A stretch of DNA of 63,373 nt, filler included, from Collodictyon triciliatum (lineage: Eukaryota), in NCBI GenBank assembly GCA_043381765.1. It is 5 parts of 5 records of this genome, joined end to end, with 100 filler letters (N's around TTAATTAATTAA, not from the genome) between each part and the next. Parts side by side here need not be neighbours in the genome. Positions count along the whole stretch, not along the records: positions 25,231 to 43,799 come from JBHJMP010001056.1; positions 43,900 to 54,588 come from JBHJMP010001062.1; positions 54,689 to 61,945 come from JBHJMP010001070.1; 2 more parts are not named here. The stretch is one strand, 5' to 3'. Below are positions 42,115 through 54,808 of the stretch, piece after piece. The translations under genes and the position numbers were made by a program. Below the pieces are notes generated by a model. That model made no database searches. It had not been told where the DNA came from and saw only the letters and a program-made list of their open reading frames with translations. How positions within the stretch are numbered: the first letter of the stretch is position 1; each line of letters starts with the position of its first letter.

Positions 42115-45100
42115 ATTTAAAAAAGAAAAAGTTTTTAAATCAACAAAATTGACATATAAATCGTAGAAAGGCATAATATGTTGGATTTTTTATGAATATA
42201 TATCTTATTTAACTCTTTTCATAAAGGACTTGTTGCGGAGCTGTGTTATAATTTTTATTTTCAATATTTTCAATTTTAAATACAACAAATAAGTCTTTTA
42301 AATAAGAGATGAAAGAAGAAAAAAATATGTGCCAGGAATTTGTGATGTATAATATAATAATGGGCTATTATTTACGAAGCAGGCACCCATGACAACCTTC
42401 CAGGATAATCTTGTGTTAAAATACATTTTGAAACTTAAGCAAGTATTATCTTACTTTTATTTTCACAAACACCATAATACCATATGAGTCCCGGAATATA
42501 TGCCTCCAGGCTTCGACACTTGTTGGATGTTCCAGTCTGATGACGCCTTCATAAATGTCGTACTTTTAGAACATGCCCATAAACTCGTAATCAACGCATC
42601 GAACCAGGAGCCTATTCTCTTTACTGACATGCACAATCAAAAAGTGAGTCTATGGAGTCTCTAATTTTGCCTTTACCTTTCATGGTGCAAATAAACGAGA
42701 CCCTGTTTTGTTTAATTTTTGAATTATTTTGTTACCAGAGTCTGTCTCATCCAAACTTCCTTGGCTATCAAAAGTAACCGAGAGCGTGTGATTGTACGTT
42801 TTTTTTTATGAAATCCTTTTACGTCCGATAATTGTGAAAAGTTTCAAACAGTCAGCGCAAAGCTTCATTTTATGGTATTTATAGCATGCAAACGCAATGA
42901 GTCTTTTATCAGACACAGAAATGACTTTCGGTCTGTGTACCAAAATAGGGAATTTTATTTGTACATTAATACAGGAACATGTGTAACTGAGTCTGTTGCG
43001 AACTGTATGTAAACGCATCTGCTGGTCTTCATGTGTGCTATTACTGTTTTCGTTCTGTGGATGAGCACATACGATTCATGGACACTAAACTTGAGCTTAA
43101 GTGTTGACATCATAAATAGCTTTAGGATTTACTGCAATATATGTAGGCGATGCAAAAATGTGATAAAATATTGATTTAGAGTGACCTCTGTGCTTTTTTT
43201 TGATTTATGTGAGACTAGGGAAATTTTTGTAAGATGCGTGTAATTTTTGGGGCGAATTCTGTGGCATTTCATTCAAACACAATGATTCGATCGCACTGTC
43301 TTATTTATTCTTTCGAAATATATCGTAGCACACCGAAGATAATCTGAAGAGCAGATATTTCAATGATGCGTCATTTTTTTTTGGAGTGAAAGATGATAAC
43401 ATTTTCTTGATTAAGTGAATTACATTCCCGTTTGAATATATGAAAGCTATTTTTCAGACTATTTCATGAGCGTGCATAGAGCTTTATCGGTGATGTAAGT
43501 TAAGTGGATATCACAGACAAGATCGTCTTTTGGCTTTTCGAGTGGGTCAAAGGCACAGTGCTTCAAGGATTCCAGGTGTTGAATTATATGATTTAATATT
43601 AACCAATTATGTACATATCAAATCATAAAACATATGACAAGCAAAGGATAAAATACAATTTTAATGATATTTGTTTATTGGGCGTCGGTGACATTTACAA
43701 AATAGACGTCTACTATAGATTTTTAGCCTTTCATTGGATAATTGTGCTTGCGTACCTAAACATTCTTTAAATATATGGCTCATTTGTTGTTTATTTGCAN
43801 NNNNNNNNNNNNNNNNNNNNNNNNNNNNNNNNNNNNNNNNNNNTTAATTAATTAANNNNNNNNNNNNNNNNNNNNNNNNNNNNNNNNNNNNNNNNNNNNT
43901 TCTTGCAATTCGTGATAGAAAATGCTCTCTTTTTTTTTATTGATGCACTGGGGTCATTCTGATATTTCAATTGTAATTTCTTGAATGTTTTTCCCTGCGT
44001 TTTTTCGAGCATTCAAAGAAAAATATTATGTCATATTCTGCAGGTTTTTCATTCGCGCAAGTAAAATCATTTCGTCGAATCATTTCAAGGGCATTTTCTT
44101 GGATAATTCAAAGAATAATGCTCAATGAAACTTCTAGTTGCTCTGTAGGGCATTGGATAGATATATGAGGAAGCCCGCTTCCCACTTGTCTTTTATTTTC
44201 AAAAATCCCACGAAATGTTGTTATGTGTATTTCCCATAAATAATTTTCGAGATTTGACCGGAAAATATGAAATCCCATCTCCCAGATGTTTTTTCTTTGA
44301 GGAGCAACCCAGAGTCGTGAGTGATGGGTGAACCTGCCAACAATTAACTAAGGTAATCCTCTTAGTGCATCACATGTCTCTATGGAATTCCCACTGGCCC
44401 ATATGAAACGAAACTACAAGCCTACCACAAGGCTGATGGCAGTCATGCGCGGCCTGAACGAAGACAAGAAGCTCATTAATATGAGCGAATGAGCATAATG
44501 TTAACCGCAGCACAAGACATCCACCAAGCTGCGCCCGAAGTGCCACAGAATCCAAGCGCCCTTGAAAACGCTGGCCGTGTTAGTTTTTGTTTTTAAACTA
44601 CTCTGTGTTCCTTCGATACAAGGATTTGTAAGGCGAGTTTCTCCTGCGCCAGGAAAAGCTATTTGCTTTCGTGTGAATAGTCCTGCGGATTAATACTAAT
44701 GTAGTGCTTGGTGTTCGCCTATAACGAAAAGTGTTGGACGGGCTTTAAACCTGAGGATACATTAGTGGCGGATGCTCAAGCGAATTCATGAAACCAGCAT
44801 TNNNNNNNNNNNNNNNNNNNNNNNNNNNNNNNNNNNNNNNNNNNNNNNNNNNNNNNNNNNNNNNNNNNNNNNNNNNNNNNNNNNNNNNNNNNNNNNNNNN
44901 NNNNNNNNNNNNNNNNNNNNNNNNNNNNNNNNNNNNNNNNNNNNNNNNNNNNNNNNNNNNNNNNNNNNNNNNNNNNNNNNNNNNNNNNNNNNNNNNNNNN
45001 NNNNNNNNNNNNNNNNNNNNNNNNNNNNNNNNNNNNNNNNNNNNNNNNNNNNNNNNNNNNNNNNNNNNNNNNNNNNNNNNNNNNNNNNNNNNNNNNNNNN

Positions 45101-45740
45101 NNNNNNNNNNNNNNNNNNNNNNNNNNNNNNNNNNNNNNNNNNNNNNNNNNNNNNNNNNNNNNNNNNNNNNNNNNNNNNNNNNNNNNNNNNNNNNNNNNNN
45201 NNNNNNNNNNNNNNNNNNNNNNNNNNNNNNNNNNNNNNNNNNNNNNNNNNNNNNNNNNNTTTTCAATCTGATAAAGACTGCTACCAATGAAGTTCTTCCA
45301 TACTGTTTCGATTAGCTTTTTGATTTGTTTATGAAGAGCAAGCACACAAGCCAACCACTTTGTCTTTTGTTGTGAACAAATGGGCTCAGTGAGGTCAAAA
45401 CGATATGATGAAAGAAACAATCCTTGTCATGCGCATAGCAATACCATTTTCATCTACACAGTTGGGCGGGCATTCCAAAAAAACAAAAAAACAAAAAAAC
45501 AATCGAAAGCCAGCACATTCCTGTACAAAGTCAAAAGTGACCTGAATTTCGACCGCAAAGCATAAAGCAACAAAAAAAAAAAAAAAAATACACAAGAATG
45601 AACGAAGACTGGTACCAAACTCATTAACTAGAAGCATAAAGGCTCCGATTGTGGGAGATAGGATAAGACGGAAAAAGAGGAGGAAAAAGAGGAGGAAAAG
45701 AAAGGAGAAAGGAGAAAGGAAAATAGTCGAACAGGAGAGA

Positions 45741-48700
45741 ATGACTCACAGCCACGCCAATCCCCGCGTTCTGCCCGTTCCCATCCCTGTCACACGTCGC
45801 TCCGCAACTCTGGGGACAGGCAGAACTCCAGTCGATCACGCTCACGCGCACCGCTTTGCGCCAAACACCAACGAGGCCGATCCCTGTCCAAATGCCCCAA
45901 ACTTCCCAGTTTCGGCCTCTCATCCAAGCTCAGTGTCCTCAGCGAGTACTTCGCCGTCTCCAAACGTCCGCTTTGAGGCGCATATTCCAACGACGGCTCT
46001 TTCCCAGCATCGACCTCAGTCTCAGTCTCAGTCTCAGTCTCAGTCTCAGTCTCAGTCTCAGTCTCAGTCTCAGTCTCAGTCTCAGTCTCAGTCTCAACAA
46101 GTCAACGTGGTGACGATTCCAAACCAGTTGTATAGCAGCCTTGATTTGCGTATTCGGAATGATTCATTACTGCGGGCTGTAAGAAAGATGCCCATGGAAA
46201 AGGTACCGTGTTGGGCTATGCGACAAGGTTTATGTAGCTATCGGACGCTGTGCGCAGGAAAGTCCTTCTGGGAGGTTTGTTTTGATTGACGTCTGTTTTT
46301 CTTTGTATTTCTTTGTTTTCTTTTTCTTTTTCTTTTTTCTTTTTTCTTTTTTCTTTTTTCTTTTTTCTTTTTTCTTTTTTCTTTTTTCTTTGTTTTGTTT
46401 TGTTTTTGTTTTTGTTTTTGTTTTTGTTTTTGTTTTTGTTTTTGTTTTGTTTATACCATTTGCTATAATATCCAGTCACAAGGTGTATTTTGGTTTCATG
46501 TCTTTGTGAATGAATGACTAGGTATGTTGCACTCCTGAGATAGCCTCTGATTGCACTGTCGCTCCTGTTAGAAGCTTTGGTGTTGATGCAGCCATCTTGT
46601 TCACTGACATACTCGCTCCTTTGCAATCATTTGGAGTTCGAGTCATCAATGATACTCGCTACGGTATTGCATCGAAAATCATCTATATTTTTATTTATAA
46701 TTGTAAAACATCGTTTTCTTTATTTTAGCAACACTATTTCCTCATTTTTCTTTTCATTTTCTATCACCACCACTACAGTTATTTATCCAACACTTAAGCC
46801 AGGCAACAATTTCAAGTAATTTTTGATACTACCTCTTGTTTTAACGTTGATTCCTCAAAGGAATGATGCTTTCTTCGGCTCTCAAGCGACCTGACCAAAT
46901 GAGATTGGCAACAGCAAAAAATATCACTGCTGCAGTCCTACATGTGATTGAAACTATTCGACTCTCCAAAATGAAACTCCGAGGAGAAGTACCTCTCATT
47001 GGTAACCCTTTCTTTTTTTTCTTTTTTCTTTTTTTCTTTCTTTTTTCTTTCTTTTTTCTTTCTTTTTTCTTTCTTTTTTCTTTCTTTTTTCTTTCTTTTT
47101 TCTTTCTTTTTTTTCTTTTCTTTTTCTTTTTCTTTCTTTTTCTTTCTTTTTCTTCTTTTTTCTTTTTTCTTTTTCTCTTCGTTTTTACGAGTGGAAATAA
47201 AACTACTAAATTGTTTATCCTTCTTAACACGTGCGATTGATCCATGATTATTTTGGGATAACCACCGCTCATTTATTTAGACGAATACTTAGTCCACTCT
47301 ACTCTGATCGAGTATAATAAATTCGCCTAATCGCACTTTGCAGGAATAATCGGAAGCCCATTTACACTCTTTTGCTTTCTGGTTGATTCCAAAGCGAACC
47401 CAGGACTCCACAGAATCAAAAAATGGCTGCTAAAGTATGCTTCAGAGTGCCATTTACTCCTCCAAAGAATTACGGATCTGCTCTATGACTTTTCTGTAAT
47501 GCAGATTGAAAATGGTGTGCAAGTGAGTGCGTGCCGCTCATAAAGCATTGAATGGATTGTTAAATCAGCTATCCAGTCATTATTTTTCTCCTTACTTTAA
47601 ACCATTCCGAATTCTATAAATATTAGAATATGCGCGCTCTTGTTCTCGTTCTTTGATAAAATCAATATGATGTCATCATCATAGAAGGAGTTATTTCAGC
47701 CTTATTTTTTATTAGACTGAATTTCGACTAAAGATACATATCATCAAAGGTAATTCAAGTATCAGAGTTGCTTCTTGGAGAAATCCCAGATTTTTTGCAC
47801 AATACCTATGGATTTCAATATCTACGCGACTATTCTAAAAGAATAAAAAAGGTACCACATCCCTTCGAAACATGAACGCAAAAAGATTGGTATTATTATC
47901 TTATACTTAACACGCGTATGTCTTGTGAACTGAATATCACGTCATATATGCGTCCAATCCGCAGAACTGGCCTCACGTCCCTTTGGTCATATACGCCAGA
48001 GGCTTGGGCTCGAGGCTTAATGAGGTCATTGAACTTGGTTTTGACGTTTTGTCGCTGGACCACAAGGTTGACCCGCTCCAGGCAAATGTAGCAAACAAAG
48101 GGCGTATTGCATTACAAGGAAACCTTGACCCAACTGTGCTTTTGCAGGACACCAACACAATTCACCGAGAAGTATTTCGCATCACTCATAGATACTTCAC
48201 CTCATATCTATTCACAACCGACCCTAGCACAATAATACCACAATCATCCCTCGTTTAAACTCGAACGAAACTGCAGTTGGTTTTCTTTCATGTATGCTAA
48301 AACCCTGTCATTCCGATATCACCAGGTCAACATTATGCTTAGCGGGTTTGGAAAAGTCGGAATAATTGCAAACCTCGGCTCCGGGATGGAACCTGATACC
48401 GACCCAACATCCGTCACTGCATTTGTCCAGGCGGTGCACAATTTCTCTCTACAAAAAGTGTCAGAGCCTCACTCATCCAATATGTCACATACGCACTCCC
48501 TCTCAAACCGAAGTGAGTCCTGGGTCGACCAATCGGGTGGGTACTATCGGAGCGAGAGGCTTTCCAAAGGGCATGAATCCGAAAATGGTGCTTCCATCTA
48601 CCACGCCATTTCAGCGCATTCAGCAAGCTCAGTATTCTCGTTTTCAGAGTCATTTGTTACATCCAGTCTTTTTCGGGCGATGCGCAAGTCTGAGTGGATT

Positions 48701-48798
48701 CCTGACCATTGTGTAGATGCGTGTACGATGTGCGATAAGCGATTTGGATTCTTCCGCAGGAAAGTAGTGATTCCGATTTATTTATTTATTATTTATTG

Positions 48799-48897
<99 letters not shown>

Positions 48898-49076
48898 TTC
48901 TTGGCATTATCAAAGAAATCGCAAACTCATGTGTCCACAAACTATAGCACCACTGTCGAAAATGTGGCAATATATTTTGTCACAAATGCTCCTCCAAAAA
49001 TGCAGTCATCAGTTTCTCCGACCCTCCTGTTCGCGTTTGTGACAAATGTTATGGAGCGCTTAATTTTATTGTCTGA
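45741..49076 (+). CDS. Uroporphyrinogen decarboxylase-like domain (degenerate active site) fused to C-terminal FYVE zinc finger
   Basis: Eight GT-AG exons (45741-46274, 46522-46663, 46861-47001, 47344-47522, 47750-47851, 47965-48171, 48326-48763, 48948-49076). UROD motifs: NDSLLRA, PCWAMRQ, DAAILFTDIL, VPLIG..GSPFTL, QIENGVQVIQ, LQGNLDP, IANLGSG. FYVE: WIPD..CTMC..F..FRRKHHCRKCGNIFC..C..RVCDKC. Confidence 0.88.
46017..46097 (+). repeat. (CAGTCT)n coding microsatellite encoding a Gln-Ser dipeptide run
   Basis: Perfect hexamer tandem repeat in frame within exon 1 of the UROD-FYVE gene. Confidence 0.9.
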
Positions 49077-50103
49077 GACTCGTTTCTCTCTGTTCTCTTC
49101 GCCACCTTGTTTTGCTTTATTTCGTTCTACATCGTTCTGCTTCGCTCTATATTCCTCCATCTGTCTCCCATCGCCTGATTAGCAACTGGCGAGGTTTTTT
49201 CCTTACTCGAAGCCAGTCCAAACAATCAGGGCTGTACTTTGCTATAAACAATACCGAATACCAAACCGAAGATTCACACCAAACCACCACAGCGAGAAAA
49301 AAAAGGAATGGAAAGAAAAGGTTATATGTACCTCCCGAAAAAGAAAAGTAAAAATATTCAAAGTCATGTCTCAGCATTCAAAATGACATCTTTGCCAAGA
49401 TTAAAATATATTCCTTGAAAGATTGAAAGAGAGTTCTTTTTCCATCTCTCTTTTTTCTTTTTTCTTTTTTTATCTTATCATACCTGGGCTAGCCAGTGAA
49501 AGGATTACAATTTTCTTTTAAAATTACCACGATATATAGCGCTAACTACAGGAAAGGAATGACTTTAGTGATAACTCACTTATAAATCCAGATTAAAAAC
49601 GGTTTGCCTCATGACATTAAAGTATTTTTGTAAACGTAGAGAAACCAGCGAGATTGTCATCATGTCATCCAAAATATACATAAGGGACAATATCATTCAA
49701 TAATGACGATGGACATCGTGTCAAAATGGATGATTCTTTTGACATCGGTATGGGCTCGTGCGTGGTTAAACAAATCTGGCTTGTCTTTTCGTTTTTCTTT
49801 TAAAAATTTATTTTTCCTTTTCAAGTTTATTAGGCTTCCTTTCTTCACTGATGAAAGGTTTCCAGCAATCGCACAATGTCATGTATGGAATGGGGCGATG
49901 CCTGTGATTGATTCAAAGGCCACTCTACGGATATGCGCGACTCGAGGCAACGGCGGTAAGACAGAACTGCAAACAACAAGGACAGTTACTGAAGTTTCAA
50001 GAGTACGAAATAAAATAAAAAATAAATTAAATCAAATGAGATAAGATTCCAAGGAGGTCTAGGAGAGGAGAAAAAGCTTGGGTGGCCACGTAGAAAAGAG
50101 ATG

Positions 50104-52598
50104 CTAATTGTACAATAAGCAAGGAACGGAATGCATTTGCTGAATGACAAAAGTACCATGAGTAGTCTCTTGATTTATGAATTTGAAAGGAAAAAGGTAA
50201 AACCCGGCCACAACATATGTGCTCTCTGTCTCTGGGATGGAGCAGTGATGGTCTGGAAACTCCATCAGGAATTGGGCAAGTTCTTTTATCCCACAGTGCG
50301 GCTTTATCCGAACTGGCATGTGTTCGGTAGATTGAAAAACTTCGCAGTGGACGTGAAGAAACAACTCTAGCATTTTGATTCTCGCCTTGTATGACCTGCT
50401 ACGAACATCAACAGTCCCAAGCTGGATTGCATCAATTACATGGAGCGTTGGTACCAACCTCCTTGTTGATTGGTTGTATTCCTGTACAAACTCGGCCTCT
50501 AAAATAGTTGATTCGGGAAAGCGAAGCCCACCTTGACCCTGTATTACGCGAGCTTGGAACCATTTTGGATTGCTTTTGGGCGACTGGGCTTGGCAGAAGG
50601 CAAACGAATAATCATTCCAGACACCAAAGATAAAACAGCGGTCCTGGAATCGCGAGGATGTAGGCACACACACCCAATCGTCCATATGGCGAAGGCGTGA
50701 TTTTTGTGGGTTAAGTATTTCTGATGTGATGGGACTCCAACATATCGAGCGAACATCGTTTGGTCCAATTATTGATGAAAACTTCTTTTCAACCTCGCTG
50801 GATTCGTAATGGAAGTTGCGGCGTTGAAATCTTGTGTCTCGTGATGATTGGTTTTTCTGTACAATGATGTAGCTCTGAGCCATACACCTTCACTGTAACC
50901 GATTTACGAAATGTTCGTTTTGATATTCTTACCTCTGCTGATATTCCCCACTCCCTGAGACAATCCTCACGTATCTGGTCTTGGTTTTCGCCAAGTAAAG
51001 AACTGCAACGCATGGTAAATGTTAAAAAAAAATATAAATGATAAGACGAGACTCATATTCAGATGGGAACGCCCAGAAAGTTATGCATATTGAAAGTATT
51101 TTAAGTTTGGATGCTTTTCATATAGAAGGAAAACCGATTCTTGATATAAGCAGCTACTTTTTTCAAGCTGTAAACCTGCTTATTTGCAATTCTAACAACG
51201 AATTAGTTATGTGCCAACAGTAAAATAAAAAAATTACGATATTAAAAAAAGGCATATATTTGAATCATATAAAGGCTGTTCTTGGATGTTTCAGAGATTA
51301 CTTTTGCACAGATTCGACAAAGCTGTCGTAAAATTTAGAGTCATTTTGGACGACCTCAAAATGGTAAATGTGTTCGACATCTTTGTCGGTTCCCTAGAAT
51401 TAAGATGAAAATGGATTATTATGAGATGATTCTAATGATTTCCATTCTCAAATTATGAATGGCCCTTCTCATAATGTCATCCATTGTGTGTGTAGGCCTC
51501 TTCAGCACCTGAAGCTCAGTCATTTTGTCGTTTACAGCAAATAAATGATTGCATATGGCTGGCATGAATTCTTTAAATCCTCGCCCGATAAAATACCTGT
51601 GCTTTTTTTTTCAATCGACTCTCCATTCATTAAATAAAAAATGAGACACAATGAAGCTTTCACATTTATGATAGTATGATATGAAAATTACGAGACAATG
51701 TGAGGATAAAGAACCTTTCTGAATTCGCGGGCCTGCTTGTATGGGGCTTTAAAATACATATGCTTTCAAACGAACGGAACATCAAATAGATAAGCTCTGA
51801 TGTGAATGGAAGAAAAGTATCGAATGTTTTGCACATGAAATGTCCTCCTATTGCAATTTCGCTTTTCAATATGTTGATTGAATATCCCTCTGCTTTCCCA
51901 TTCCTTTTTACTCTCTTCCTTTATCGATATTATTTTAAAAATAAAGTATAATGTTAGTATACCCTTTCTAAGGATAGAGACAGCCGTCAAAAATTGACAT
52001 AAAACCAATTGCTTCGTCAAAACTTCTTGGATATTTTCATTTCCCTCGACGGAGATACCCTGCAAAGACATGATTAAGAACTGAGACTTTAAAACTGAAG
52101 GTCCGTTTTGTTGGGGAAAAATGGAGAGGATAGCTGCGCAAACTCTTGAAGGAGAAGTTATAATTTCCTCAGAGATTAATTGGTTGGTTTGACGATTGAA
52201 TCTTAAATTACGGTCATTACCCCATCCGCCATGACAAAATGAACACCGTTTCCTTTGGTCATTTTCAAGACATGCTCTTGAAAGTAACGTATATTGCTTG
52301 ATTTTGTAATGTCTCCAGTATTATCTGCTCAAATATGCAGGGAAAAAATGATGCTATTTAGCTTGATTACTCGGCAGAGATAATCAAATGACAACTAAAT
52401 TGCTTTTTGGGTGGCTATTAAAAAAAATTAAACTAAATGTTGAAAGCATGAGACTAGCATCTCACTTAAAATTTTCGGTATTTTTTTAAACCTGCGCCAT
52501 ATATGCATTGAAAAGTTCCAGTTGGAGAGTCCTTGTTAAATTTCGACAGCTGGAAGTCATTCGACTCTATGGCACAAATAAAATTGTTTTCCAAACGA

Positions 52599-52697
<99 letters not shown>

Positions 52698-54410
52698 TGT
52701 GGAGGTACTGGAGTAGAGATATCTTTTCTATTAAAACGTTTACAAACGATTCTTTAAGGTAGTGCCGAATCCCATAGATTGCCATTTTTTCTTCCACAGG
52801 ACGTACTCTGAAAAACCTCCGGGACCAGCACATAAATCAGCAAAGTACAAAGGTTCGAACTGTCGACGCAACAAAAAAAAAAAAATTGTCATAAAGAGTA
52901 TATGTCTGATTGCAAATAGAAAGAGAAAAAAAAGAAAAAAAAGCAGCTTGGCAGAAAATAACTGTAGATACACATTCGATATTATCTATGGAATGATGGG
53001 AGATATAATTTGGAGATGACTTTTAAGGTTAATAAGTCAGAACCAACATCTTCTCCATTTTCAAATTGATGGTCAGTAAACATAAAGTTACACAGGGAAT
53101 CAATATTTGCCATTTTCATAGCAGCGCGATTCTGAAAAATACCACCTGGTGGTTTAAAAGTTAAATTGATAAGTATTCGTCCCTTAATTTTTTCGTGTGA
53201 GCATTATATCTATTTTGTTTCATAAGAGTACTTGGGCTCAGAAGGATTGTATTCGTTTGTATCTTACAAGGTTTTAGGATAAGACCGGTAACAAATTGTA
53301 ATGCATGTGTTGATTAAACGTACACTTGATTGTTTCGAAAGGGTTTGCTCTATTTCGCGCGTCAAGAAATTCTTTCTGAGAGACCCCATCGAAAGCTGAC
53401 TAATTTATTTTTATTTTTTTGCATACGTTGGATAAAAATGAAAATTTAGGGTATTTCGAGTGAAACGCTGTTGTGATTTCATCTCTCGATTAGTTTAGAA
53501 AGGTGCTGTGCGAATAAGAATAATTACCTTAGATGACAGTAACTCTGATAGAACACTTTTATCAATAAACGTAGTTTCATCGTCGATGGATTTCTTCCTC
53601 TAATATTGAAAGAAAAAACAAGTATAGTTTCATAATATGACAGTAACATATGTTTCTGGGTGCGAACAGAATTCGAATTGAACTTTTATTTGAAGAGGAA
53701 CTAATCAAAGCGTATGCACTTCTGATGAAAAAATCATTAGGAAATTGAGTAAATCAATCCGAACAGTGATGAGCATAAAATCCCGAGAGTTATTACATCG
53801 CCAATTATGATAGAATCTTGAAGATCTTGCTCAGTCAATAGATTCGAAGTGGAGGGAGAAAACCATTCAGCTTCTTGCTTAACAACAACTTTCTCTTCTT
53901 CCCAATCAACATTCTCTGAGTTCAATACAGGGTGTGAAAATCCCAATCCGCGATGACCTGGAAACGTAACGGTCTGGCAAGTGAGTCATGAAAAGCATTT
54001 AAAGTGTCAAAACATCGAAACATCCCGGAGTTCTCATCCAAGAAAAGAACATTGCATTTATTGAAATTATGCGCAGAAAAATAATATCGTTTCTGACTTG
54101 TTATGTTGCAATCTTTTGAAATACGTGATACAATTATTCTTTTTTCTTTTTTTTTCTTTTGCAAACCGAATTGATTTGACGGATTAATAGGCTCCACCAA
54201 TCCCTGTCTGTCCGCTCCGAGGCCTTCACCTTCGCGATATCCCATCTTCTCCTGTATTTTTTTAGGGATTTCGTTACGTTTTTGAGAATAAAAAGACGCC
54301 CTGTTTTAAACGAATAAAGAGGGGAACATCAGAATCAATTTCTTGGAGTTGAGAAAATATACCATCATTTTCTGGGACTGGAGACTGAATTGTGAGTTAG
54401 GTGGGTCCAT
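50104..54410 (-). CDS. CMTR1: Cap-specific mRNA (nucleoside-2'-O-)-methyltransferase 1
   Basis: G-patch ([23 protein letters not shown]), [75 protein letters not shown], and a C-terminal capping-enzyme-like region (EAEFVQE, LHVIDA). Confidence 0.92.
52597..52696 (+). repeat. (AAAG)n intronic microsatellite in CMTR1
   Basis: Tandem tetramer seen directly. Confidence 0.95.
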
Positions 54411-54551
54411 CTTCTTCGGCAAACGGAGCTTTGGTAAGCAAATGAGCTAAAATAAACATCAGAAATTGAAAAAGTAGGCTCTGTATCTGCTCTCACTCCC
54501 TATTCGTTTTTTTTTGTTTTTTTTGTTTTTTTTGTTTTTTTTGTTTTTTTT

Positions 54552-54588
<37 letters not shown>

Positions 54589-54808
54589 NNNNNNNNNNNN
54601 NNNNNNNNNNNNNNNNNNNNNNNNNNNNNNNNTTAATTAATTAANNNNNNNNNNNNNNNNNNNNNNNNNNNNNNNNNNNNNNNNNNNNGTGTTTTTTTAT
54701 GTGTTTTTTATGTGTTTTTTTATGTGTTTTTTATGTGTTTTTTATGTGTTTTTTATGTGTTTTTTTTGTGTTTTTTTTGTGTTTTGTGTTTTGTGTGTCT
54801 TTCTACAG

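Noticed and set aside
46017-46097. SQ run as an ATM/ATR phosphorylation cluster
   Set aside because: It is a perfect hexanucleotide microsatellite, most simply explained by slippage in a repeat-prone genome.
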